DNA from: Patescibacteria group bacterium
GTDB taxonomy: Bacteria; Patescibacteriota; Patescibacteriia; Buchananbacterales; UBA6539
NCBI GenBank assembly: GCA_041662625.1
Contig: JBAZSB010000001.1
Span: 535,189-599,188, forward strand
Length of the DNA: 64,000 nucleotides
Direction: 5' to 3'
The notes under the pieces were generated by a model, which saw only the letters and a list, made by a program, of their open reading frames with translations, was not told the DNA's origin and made no database searches. Each line of letters begins with the position of its first letter. Within the stretch, counting starts at the first letter, position 1. Below, piece after piece: positions 19,029 to 26,286 of the stretch. A program made the position numbers and the translations under genes.

Positions 19029-19039
19029 AGGATATTATT

Positions 19040-19068
19040 AGGTTAGCGCAAGTCCAAAAAAATGTCAA
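19040..19068 (-). promoter_or_regulatory. Sigma70-like promoter for the Leu leader (TTGACA-17-TAACCT)
   Basis: The -35 overlaps the U-tract of the upstream terminator. Confidence 0.45.
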
Positions 19069-19084
19069 GAAATAAAAAAAGGCC

Positions 19085-19125
19085 CGTAGTGACAGAGCCA
19101 AGCCATGTCACTACGGGACGAAGAA
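19085..19125 (-). terminator. Strong intrinsic terminator (12-bp stem CCCGTAGTGACA / TGTCACTACGGG + U7) after the 109-aa gene
   Basis: Perfect 12-bp inverted repeat followed by CUUUUUUUAUUUCUUG on the minus strand. Confidence 0.6.
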
Positions 19126-19163
19126 AACGATGGGTCGATAAAACCCTGAAGCAGTGCTTAGAT

Positions 19164-19493
19164 CTAGACCTGTGCGCCAAGCTCCCGCAGTTGAGCCAAA
19201 AGCTCCGGAGCGACAGCAACGCCATGCCGCTGACTCAGGAATTCAACAGTTGACGGAACGCAGACATAGCATAATTGAGCCTTTCTGTCTCTCCAGTGCC
19301 CTGGCTTACCGTTGCTGGGTTCAGGTCCTGGCAAATTCAGCTTAGTGTTGAGCACCTTAAGCTCCTGAAGATTCCCCCTTAGTCTCCGAAGGAGATCAGA
19401 AGGATCATCCAGCCTTTCACACTTGGTCCGCCGCGGGACCCTATCTACACCAACACCATCAACATCCTGTTCAATTCCAGCACAGTCTACCAT
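19164..19493 (-). CDS. Hypothetical protein (109 aa)
   Basis: GC-rich ORF with SD AAGGAG 9 nt before the ATG. No recognisable motif. Confidence 0.5.
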   Translation of the reverse strand: MVDCAGIEQDVDGVGVDRVPRRTKCERLDDPSDLLRRLRGNLQELKVLNTKLNLPGPEPSNGKPGHWRDRKAQLCYVCVPSTVEFLSQRHGVAVAPELLAQLRELGAQV

Positions 19494-19527
19494 GGTTCCT
19501 TCTCCTTCATGTTATCGATTCATTCAA

Positions 19528-19812
19528 TCAACACAAGCCACAAGTAGCATATACCGCTTCTTTGGTGATCATCCCAGAACCAGTTGCGTTGCCGCGAAAG
19601 ACTTTCACCCTACCATTAGTCCGGACGGCAAAACAATGATAAGCGCAGGCAACACCGGAGTAATGAAACTCCACTATTCGCGGATCACACTGACCACCGA
19701 TCACTAGTTGACCAGCCTCGTTGACAGAAATTCTGACCCTTCTGTCGTAGGTGACACTTTGACCGGGTTTGAGATCAAAAGTCGCATCCGGCATCAAATC
19801 ATCATCTTCCAT
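19528..19812 (-). CDS. Hypothetical Cys-containing protein (94 aa), under the Val-rich leader
   Basis: SD AGAGGAG before the ATG. C-terminal Cys pairs (ACAYHC...ATCGLC). No family recognised. Confidence 0.5.
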   Translation of the reverse strand: MEDDDLMPDATFDLKPGQSVTYDRRVRISVNEAGQLVIGGQCDPRIVEFHYSGVACAYHCFAVRTNGRVKVFRGNATGSGMITKEAVYATCGLC

Positions 19813-19929
19813 AGCCCTAACTCCTCTAAGTCTTATCGACTTGTTTGCAAAGAACAGATACGAATCTGCCCTCCTCTCCCTAAACTCGGTTTATTTCCTA
19901 CCCTCTGATCAGCAACATAAACAAAGGGT

Positions 19930-19962
19930 AATAAACAAAAAACTAGTCCTTTGACAGACTAG
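19930..19962 (-). terminator. Attenuator terminator of the Val leader (CUAGUC-loop-GACUAG + UUUUUUGUUUAUU)
   Basis: The 3' tail UUUUUUGUUUAUU(A/G)CC is shared with the Phe attenuator terminator. The leader codons GUA CUA GUC can compete for GACUAG. Confidence 0.5.
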
Positions 19963-19993
19963 GTGGTTCCAGTTCTAATTTTGGAAATCCAAA

Positions 19994-20059
19994 CTACCCA
20001 GTCTGCGAGACTAGTACGACGACGGTCAAAACGACAGTTGTCCGGGCAATAGATTTCAT
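19994..20059 (-). CDS. Val-rich leader peptide MKSIARTTVVLTVVVLVSQTG (21 aa)
   Basis: 6 Val in a 9-codon run. The MKS.A+ N-terminus and SQ.G C-terminus parallel the Leu and Ile leaders. Near-leaderless. Confidence 0.55.
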   Translation of the reverse strand: MKSIARTTVVLTVVVLVSQTG

Positions 20060-20065
20060 ACGATT

Positions 20066-20095
20066 AGTTTAGCAAATCAAAAATAATCTTGTCAA
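20066..20095 (-). promoter_or_regulatory. Sigma70-like promoter for the Val leader (TTGACA-18-TAAACT)
   Basis: Spacing and hexamers parallel the other three attenuator promoters. Confidence 0.4.
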
Positions 20096-20109
20096 ATTTT
20101 AAAAAAAGA

Positions 20110-20150
20110 CCGACCACCCCGTGACAGAGTAATCGGTCGCATAATACCTG
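20110..20150 (-). terminator. Intrinsic terminator after the LeuA/CimA-like gene (GACCGA..UCGGUC + U7)
   Basis: Hairpin followed by UUUUUUU on the minus strand. Confidence 0.5.
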
Positions 20151-20178
20151 GAGTTTTGCGCTTAGGCGATAGCTTTGA

Positions 20179-21945
20179 CTAACGGCGATGACAGTGCAGA
20201 AAGTACTGATAGCCGGCCGCTAATGCTCGGGCCGAAGCTTCGGTTACTGACTCGGAGACAGCAACTGTTCCCCAAATTTCATCACCATTATTCTTGATGC
20301 GCCAGAACAGTATTACCCGAACCCGGGCAGCTGTTCCGTCATGGTTAATCAACGCTTTCACGTTGTAGTTAACCAATTCAAGGCCTACCAGCTCGGGGAA
20401 AACCGGTTCACGCGACCGGCCACCGCGTTCCTGCAGTGCCTGACGCAGAGCTTTGTCCAAGGCGTTGACCAAGCCATCACCTTTGGCCGTCTTCAGACCG
20501 ATAGTCCGGCCATCAGCCAACTCGACTTGAACCGTTGCCTTGGGACTGCCCAGCATCAAATTCTGAAGCTGCCGATCAAGAGTTTCACCGGGCAAGCCGG
20601 TGTAGGGCGGAATCCTCTCAGTCAACTCGCACATCGTCACAGTGAAAAACGGCTGCAATCGGTCTAGCTGGCGCAAGGCCAAAAGTCGAAAACTACCCTC
20701 AGCCGTTTCAAACAGCCAACCATCCCTTTCCAAGCCGTGAACCTTATCAAGCAGCTCGCCAATTCGCGGATCGCTTGGTGCCAAGTTTCTGATAAACTCA
20801 GCTAATCGAACGCGCATCAAGGTTCGGCCGGCTTGATTGGATAGGCCAAGGCTGGTCTGGTTGCCAACCATTGCCGCCCGGATGTGCTCAACTGAATCAG
20901 GATCTTTCAGCCAAGCGTGACTGTGGGTTCCACCTTCGTGATGGAAGGCATTGGGTCCGGCCACCGGCAGGTTGAACGGAATTTCAATTCCCGCCAGATT
21001 GTAGACGTAGCGGGTCAGAGCCGTCCAAAGGGTAAGTTGCTTGGCGGTTACTACGGCAATGCCCATCTTAAGGACCAGACTGGGGATGATCGTGGTCAGG
21101 TTAGCATTGCCAGTCCGCTCACCGATACCACCAATCGTTCCTTGGACATGATCGCAACCGAGTTCAACTGCCAAAAGCGAATTGGCATCGCCCATGCCGG
21201 AATCATTATGGGTATGAACACCCCATTCGACTCCCTGATCCTTTAACCAAGGCACGACGTCGAGCAGAAAAGCAAGCCATTCTGCCGGCAAGGTCCCGCC
21301 GCGGGTGTCACATAGAACTATCCGGCGAGCCCCACCATTGATTGCAGCTGACAAAGTCTTGAAGAAGTATCTTCGGTCGTCTCGCCAGCCGTCAACCGCA
21401 TGCTCGGCATCATAAATGACGGTTTTGCCAACCGATACCAGCGCCGCTACCGTTTCTTCGATTATCCGCAGATTTTCTGCCAGCCGGATTTCCAAAACCC
21501 TTTGGACGTGAAGCTTCCAGCTCTTGCCGAAAACCACCACGTGACTTACGCCAGTATCCAAGACCGACTTGATCATCGGATTGGTGATAAGAATTCGCTC
21601 ACCAGGTTTGTTCGGCTTGACCGTTCCCATAAAAGCGTAAAAAGTCACGCCAAGCTGATGGTACCGCTTTCTTTGAGCGAGAAGCTGACGAAAGACCTCC
21701 GGGTTGACTTTGTCACTCGGCACTGGCCAGCCAACCTCAATATGGCGCAAGCCGGCTCTAACCGCCTGGCTAATCACACTCATCTTGTCCTCGGCCGTCC
21801 AAGTCAGACTCCGAGTCTGACCACCGTCACGACAAGTAGTGCAGAGCAGATCGACTTTCTTTGGTCGACCAAGCAATTTCAGCAACTTAGGCTCAGTCGC
21901 CAATCTCGCTATTACGTCAGCTAGTGACTTCTGAACTAACTGCAT
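20179..21945 (-). CDS. 2-isopropylmalate synthase / (R)-citramalate synthase family enzyme (HMGL-like TIM barrel + C-terminal LeuA-dimer regulatory domain)
   Basis: Contains RDGGQ, HTHNDSGMGDANSLLAVELGCDHVQGTIGGIGERTGNANL, and a long C-terminal regulatory region. The start is taken at the Met preceded by AAGGAGG (MQLVQKSL). The Ile-rich leader suggests citramalate synthase (isoleucine pathway), but this is inference. Confidence 0.8.
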   Translation of the reverse strand: MQLVQKSLADVIARLATEPKLLKLLGRPKKVDLLCTTCRDGGQTRSLTWTAEDKMSVISQAVRAGLRHIEVGWPVPSDKVNPEVFRQLLAQRKRYHQLGVTFYAFMGTVKPNKPGERILITNPMIKSVLDTGVSHVVVFGKSWKLHVQRVLEIRLAENLRIIEETVAALVSVGKTVIYDAEHAVDGWRDDRRYFFKTLSAAINGGARRIVLCDTRGGTLPAEWLAFLLDVVPWLKDQGVEWGVHTHNDSGMGDANSLLAVELGCDHVQGTIGGIGERTGNANLTTIIPSLVLKMGIAVVTAKQLTLWTALTRYVYNLAGIEIPFNLPVAGPNAFHHEGGTHSHAWLKDPDSVEHIRAAMVGNQTSLGLSNQAGRTLMRVRLAEFIRNLAPSDPRIGELLDKVHGLERDGWLFETAEGSFRLLALRQLDRLQPFFTVTMCELTERIPPYTGLPGETLDRQLQNLMLGSPKATVQVELADGRTIGLKTAKGDGLVNALDKALRQALQERGGRSREPVFPELVGLELVNYNVKALINHDGTAARVRVILFWRIKNNGDEIWGTVAVSESVTEASARALAAGYQYFLHCHRR

Positions 21946-22045
21946 ATCAGTATCCTCCTTCCGTTTGTCACGAATTATAACTCCAGTTGATGTCAAGGTT
22001 CCAACTCCCTCCATGACTTACAAAGACAATCTAAGTAAGACAATC

Positions 22046-22141
22046 AAAAAAACCTTCCGGGTGGAAAGTCTCTCTGATCGTTTTACTTATTTCTGATTTC
22101 TTATTTCTGATTTCTCATCTTAAGACTTCCACCCAAAGGCT
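22046..22141 (-). terminator. Attenuator terminator of the Ile leader (GGGUGGAAGUCUCU...AGAGACUUUCCACCC + U7)
   Basis: Long hairpin with a perfect U7. The 5' arm and preceding 22 nt (UUAGCCAGCCUUUGGGUGGAAG) are identical to the Leu attenuator. Confidence 0.65.
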
Positions 22142-22190
22142 GGCTAATGATGATAATACCGATAATAATGTTTTGCCGCGTAGAAGTCAT
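22101..22190 (-). CDS. Ile-rich leader peptide MTSTRQNIIIGIIIISQPLGGSLKMRNQK (29 aa)
   Basis: 7 Ile in an 8-codon run. The ORF starts ~9 nt after the predicted TSS. The SQPLGG segment is encoded by the conserved scaffold. Confidence 0.6.
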   Translation of the reverse strand: MTSTRQNIIIGIIIISQPLGGSLKMRNQK

Positions 22191-22205
22191 AATTTTTATA
22201 TCGTT

Positions 22206-22234
22206 ATCTTAAGCTAAACCAAAAGAATAGTCAA
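22206..22234 (-). promoter_or_regulatory. Sigma70-like promoter for the Ile leader (TTGACT-17-TAAGAT)
   Basis: Hexamers and 17-nt spacing read directly from the sequence. Confidence 0.45.
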
Positions 22235-22262
22235 GTTTTTAAAATAATCTAGCTAATTTCAG

Positions 22263-22487
22263 CTATTTTGGTAAGTTGCCATCATTATTTAAATTTATTG
22301 GCTGATTTAATGACCGACTGGGTATTACCGCGGCTGAAGCTTGAAAAGCGTAGGCCACCCAGCCCAAAATGAACAAGACTAAAATTATGGACAATATCGA
22401 CAAACCTAAAAATTGACCTGCCTCCCGCAAACTTTGCAGCCTGGATTTTCTGGGATAACGATAGTTTTTACTTAAGTATGGCGACAT
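22263..22487 (-). CDS. Hypothetical small membrane protein (74 aa)
   Basis: Single TM segment. No motif. Confidence 0.3.
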   Translation of the reverse strand: MSPYLSKNYRYPRKSRLQSLREAGQFLGLSILSIILVLFILGWVAYAFQASAAVIPSRSLNQPINLNNDGNLPK

Positions 22488-22510
22488 AAATTTAAAAAGA
22501 CCTAATCAGT

Positions 22511-22687
22511 TCACTGCATATGATCATTGATGAACTTAATTAGGTCTTTTTCAAAAACCCGGTAAGTTTTATGGCCTATTTTAGCGGCCCTTAATTTGCG
22601 GGCAGCAACCCAGCGGTAAACCGTTTTTTGGCTTACCTTCATGATCTTAGCGACTTCTTCGAGGGTGAGAATTCCGTAGTTAGACAC
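22511..22687 (-). CDS. Excisionase/AlpA-family helix-turn-helix DNA-binding protein (58 aa, GTG start, not in ORF track)
   Basis: Translation VSNYGILTLEEVAKIMKVSQKTVYRWVAARKLRAAKIGHKTYRVFEKDLIKFINDHMQ. LTLEEVAKIL.VS..TVYRW...G.L.A.KIG is the excisionase-family HTH pattern. Confidence 0.45.
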   Translation of the reverse strand: MSNYGILTLEEVAKIMKVSQKTVYRWVAARKLRAAKIGHKTYRVFEKDLIKFINDHMQ

Positions 22688-22699
22688 GCAAATTAGGGT

Positions 22700-22790
22700 T
22701 AGCGACTAATAGTCGACTTCACCTCTAATTCTACAATTTAATGTCCTCTATTGTCAATCATAAGTAAAACATTGTCCTTTATTGTCCAAT
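22700..22790. promoter_or_regulatory. Palindrome CGACTAaTAGTCG plus two direct repeats ATTGTCCT(C/T)TATTGTC(C)AAT upstream of the HTH gene
   Basis: Direct repeats at 22743-22759 and 22773-22790. These are candidate regulator or recombinase binding sites. Confidence 0.3.
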
Positions 22791-22864
22791 ACCAATTTAG
22801 TTGAAAAATACAAAAAAATGGCTTTTTAAAGCCATTTTTTTTATATTCTACCTAATAAATACTA

Positions 22865-23461
22865 CTACTCAAACATTACGTCCTCATCAGATCTTTTGTA
22901 GTTATCCACAATGTCCCCTTTCTTAAACCAAAGTTGTTCTTCATATTTGGCTTCCTCGGTATTTCCCGAAGCATGCATGATATTACGGACTGCTCGCTTT
23001 TTAACATTAGCCAGGGCTGGAGAATCAATTGAAAAATCACCGCGGATAGTGCCAGGGGTGGCAAAAACCGGTAAGGTATTGCCGGCCAAGGCCCGGACAT
23101 TATCAATGGCATGAACCCCTTCCAGTAAAATTGCAACCACAGGACCGGAAGTAATAAATTCGATATTCCATTTGTTCACCAACTTACCAATCGCGGCTGG
23201 GTCAAGATCAGCAAATTCTTCATGAGGGTCTCGGCCATATTTTTCGTAAGTTTGTAAAGTCTTTTCACCAATTGCCTTCATCAGTTCAGTCCGATTCTCG
23301 GGGTAATGTTTTTTTGCTAAATCAGCATCAACCCAAACCATTTTCATGGCCTTAATTTTTAAACCCATTTTTTCAAAGCGAGATAGCACTTCACCAACCA
23401 ATCCCCGCTTTACGCCATCGGGTTTGACTAAAACTACAGTTTTTTCTTTTTGTAAGTCCAT
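22865..23461 (-). CDS. ndk: Nucleoside diphosphate kinase
   Basis: VLVKPDGVKRGLVGEVLSRFEKMGLKI...RGDFS...NIMHASGNTEEA is the NDK fold, with an insertion. Confidence 0.9.
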   Translation of the reverse strand: MDLQKEKTVVLVKPDGVKRGLVGEVLSRFEKMGLKIKAMKMVWVDADLAKKHYPENRTELMKAIGEKTLQTYEKYGRDPHEEFADLDPAAIGKLVNKWNIEFITSGPVVAILLEGVHAIDNVRALAGNTLPVFATPGTIRGDFSIDSPALANVKKRAVRNIMHASGNTEEAKYEEQLWFKKGDIVDNYKRSDEDVMFE

Positions 23462-23466
23462 ATTTT

Positions 23467-23508
23467 AGGAATTAGGAATTAGGAATTAGGAATTAGGAAT
23501 TAGGAACT
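23467..23508. repeat. Heptanucleotide tandem repeat (AGGAATT)x5 plus one imperfect copy, immediately upstream of the ndk start codon
   Basis: Direct reading: aggaatt aggaatt aggaatt aggaatt aggaatt aggaact. Confidence 0.75.
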
Positions 23509-23529
23509 TATTATCCTACTGCCTACTTC

Positions 23530-23931
23530 CTACCCCCTTACTAAATACGCCTTAACTTTTTCCACTACCTGCGTCGGCGTCATCGAAGCTTTGACAATAT
23601 AATCAGCTGCTCCCAACTTTTTGCCTTTACTGACATCATCTTGCTGACCTAAATTCGAAAGCATTAAAACCGGAATATTCTTAGTTTGCGGATCATTTTG
23701 CAATTCAGTCAAAACAGCGAACCCGTCCATTTTTGGCATCATCACATCCAACAGGATAACGACCGGTAATTCTTTTTTCGCTAATTCTAAAGCAGCTAAA
23801 CCGTCTTGGGCAGTGATAACCGTCAATTCCGATTCCTTAAACTTAATGTTATACATCTCTAAGAGTGTATCATCATCCTCAACGATTAAAATTTTAGCAT
23901 CATTATTCACCATATACAGCCAGCATAACAA
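23530..23931 (-). CDS. Single-domain response regulator (CheY-like receiver)
   Basis: ILIVEDDDTLLEMY...LLDVMMPKMDGFAVL...ADYIVKA are the receiver-domain motifs (phospho-accepting Asp, conserved Lys). Confidence 0.8.
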   Translation of the reverse strand: MLCWLYMVNNDAKILIVEDDDTLLEMYNIKFKESELTVITAQDGLAALELAKKELPVVILLDVMMPKMDGFAVLTELQNDPQTKNIPVLMLSNLGQQDDVSKGKKLGAADYIVKASMTPTQVVEKVKAYLVRG

Positions 23932-23954
23932 AATATTGGCATTTTTTCAAGGGT

Positions 23955-24812
23955 TCATTTAAGCCAAAATTTTTGGCCATCAGAATATACAATAATGTCT
24001 CCTTTGTCTAAAGTGGTAAAGTAAGGGATATTTTGTTCATCTAGTCTGACTAAAACTTCGGGACTGGGATGACCAAATTTGTTCTGCCCCACGGAGATAA
24101 CAGCTAGTTTTGGTTTTACCCCAGCTAAAAAATCATTGCCTGATGAAGCGCTGCTACCATGATGAGCAATTTTTAAAACGTCAGCATCAATGTTTGCCTT
24201 GGCTTTCATTAGTTTGTTTTCAATACCTTCTGGCGCATCGCCAGTCAATAAAACTGAAAAATTGGCATAATTTAATTTGGCTACAACTGAATAATCATTT
24301 GTTTCCTTCAATGTTTTATCGGCGATTGATTCAAAGGGATAAAGAATTTGTAAATCTAAATTCGGTTCGATGCCAATATCCTTTACTCGTCCGGCAATAA
24401 CAATCCTTGGATTTTTATCCTCAATAATTTTTAAAAATTCTTGATAGGGCGGTGAATTATTCATAGTACCAGTCAGCAATATCGCTTTAACCTGATAACG
24501 CCGCAAAACTTCGACTAAGCCAACCAAATGATCAGCATCCGGGTGAGTTAAAATCATCAAATCAATTTGGCGATCATAAAATGGCAAATATTGGCCTAAT
24601 TTATAGACTACAAAATTATCTGGCCCACCATCGATTAAAATATTGTAGCCACTCGGCGTACGAATGAAAATCGCGTCCCCTTGGCCAATATTTAAAACAT
24701 AAAATTTCAGATCCTGCGGCAATAACTCAATATATAAAAAAACTGAAAGTAATATTAAACCAATGGCTAAAGCACCATAAAATTTAAAAATTGTCTTTTC
24801 TATTCTAGTCAT
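23955..24812 (-). CDS. ComEC-type metallo-beta-lactamase domain protein (split ComEC C-terminal part)
   Basis: N-terminal TM helix. LILTHPDADHLVGL is the MBL motif. Adjacent to the ComEC channel gene. Confidence 0.75.
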   Translation of the reverse strand: MTRIEKTIFKFYGALAIGLILLSVFLYIELLPQDLKFYVLNIGQGDAIFIRTPSGYNILIDGGPDNFVVYKLGQYLPFYDRQIDLMILTHPDADHLVGLVEVLRRYQVKAILLTGTMNNSPPYQEFLKIIEDKNPRIVIAGRVKDIGIEPNLDLQILYPFESIADKTLKETNDYSVVAKLNYANFSVLLTGDAPEGIENKLMKAKANIDADVLKIAHHGSSASSGNDFLAGVKPKLAVISVGQNKFGHPSPEVLVRLDEQNIPYFTTLDKGDIIVYSDGQKFWLK

Positions 24813-24821
24813 AAAAAATAT

Positions 24822-26207
24822 TTACAAAGTTATGGCAGCCAAAGGAATAGCAGCAAAAATTTCCACGACTTTGATTAAATAAGTCAAAAGCAACCAAGGC
24901 AGCAAGAACAAATGAAAAGCTAAACCGGGCAAAAAAAGAACCAAAATTAAAACCACACTACCAACTATGGTCAAAATCGAAGCCACCGGCACAACTAATA
25001 AATTAACAAATAGACCCACTAAAGATAAACGGCCGAAATTATAAATAATTAAAGGAGAGGTAATAACTTGGGCGGCTAACGTTGTGGCTAAAGCCGATTT
25101 CAATCCGAAAACTTCGGGTAAATTTTTAAATTTTTCTTCAAAAAACGGCACAAAATAAATCAGGCCCAAAACTGCCAAAAACGACAACTGAAACCCAACA
25201 TCATCCCGCAAAATTCTGGGATTAATCAAAATCATTAAACTCCCAGCAAACAACAAAGCATTGCTGGATTGATTAAGCCGGCCCAAATAGATTGCCAAAA
25301 TTGCCAGCCAGCCCATGATCGCCGCCCGCACTGCTGAAGCCGGCGCTCCGATCAAAACGATGTAAAAAATTAAACAAATTGTGATCAGCCAAAATGCTTT
25401 TTTGCGCGGAATCATCAAAGCTAAAAATAATTCCATTAAAACTGCAGTAATGATTGTGATATTCAGACCAGAAATCGCAATCAGATGTGTCGTTGCTGTG
25501 ATATTAAATTTATCAGTTAAATCTTGGGGTAATCCCCTTCTGGCGCCTAAAATGATGGCGGAAAACAAACTGGCTTGCGGCTCGGGCAAAGTGGAATTAA
25601 TAATTTGCTGCCACCTATTTTTCAATCGATAAATTTTTGTCAAAAGCCAATCGCCTTGGTTATGAGCCAGTAGCTTCACTTTGGGATAGTAACAAAGTGA
25701 ATAAATATTACTGCGGGCCAAATAGCGGTCGTAGGCAAAATCATCAAATGGTTCTGGACTTTTTAATTTACAATTTATCTCAAGTAAATCTCCGTATTGA
25801 TATTCAGGATATAAATTAACACTGACTAAAACTTTTCCAGTAAGCGGCTGATTACTAACCACGGTTAACTTTGTATGATTAACCCTCTTATCAGGTTCGG
25901 CAATGACTGCACCCTGAAAAGTAATTTGCTTCCCGTTATAAAACCAGATTTTTGTTTCATCAGTTATGGGTAAAGAAAGTTGATAACGTAAAATTCCTAA
26001 AGCAATAATTAACCCGCCCAAAAATATCCAGCGCCAAAGTTTATTCTGCCAAAATATAATCGCGGCAATAGTAGAAATCAAGGCTAATAAATAAAGGAAA
26101 AAATAATCAACAAAAATAAATGATGCCAATGCCACACCAATAACAAAATTTAGCAGCAGATAACGAAAAACTTGAGATTTGGTGTATAACTTACTTGACA
26201 AAATCAT
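24822..26207 (-). CDS. comEC: ComEC/Rec2 competence membrane channel domain protein
   Basis: Polytopic protein with the Competence-domain pattern THLIAISGLNITIITAVL. Confidence 0.8.
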   Translation of the reverse strand: MILSSKLYTKSQVFRYLLLNFVIGVALASFIFVDYFFLYLLALISTIAAIIFWQNKLWRWIFLGGLIIALGILRYQLSLPITDETKIWFYNGKQITFQGAVIAEPDKRVNHTKLTVVSNQPLTGKVLVSVNLYPEYQYGDLLEINCKLKSPEPFDDFAYDRYLARSNIYSLCYYPKVKLLAHNQGDWLLTKIYRLKNRWQQIINSTLPEPQASLFSAIILGARRGLPQDLTDKFNITATTHLIAISGLNITIITAVLMELFLALMIPRKKAFWLITICLIFYIVLIGAPASAVRAAIMGWLAILAIYLGRLNQSSNALLFAGSLMILINPRILRDDVGFQLSFLAVLGLIYFVPFFEEKFKNLPEVFGLKSALATTLAAQVITSPLIIYNFGRLSLVGLFVNLLVVPVASILTIVGSVVLILVLFLPGLAFHLFLLPWLLLTYLIKVVEIFAAIPLAAITL

Positions 26208-26286
26208 AAAAAAAGAGTATAGTTAAAATAAGAAATCGAAGATTGAAATAGTTGTCAGGTATGTATCTTTGTCGAAAGGAGCTGAA

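Noticed and set aside
18881-22141. T-box riboswitch interpretation of the conserved UUAGCC...GGGUGGAAG segment upstream of the amino-acid-related genes
   Set aside because: There is only a partial resemblance (UUAG and GGGUGG) to the T-box consensus AAUUAGGGUGGNACCGCG. There is no Stem I or specifier-loop architecture. The conserved segment lies inside short ORFs with striking Leu or Ile codon runs, which fits leader-peptide attenuation better.
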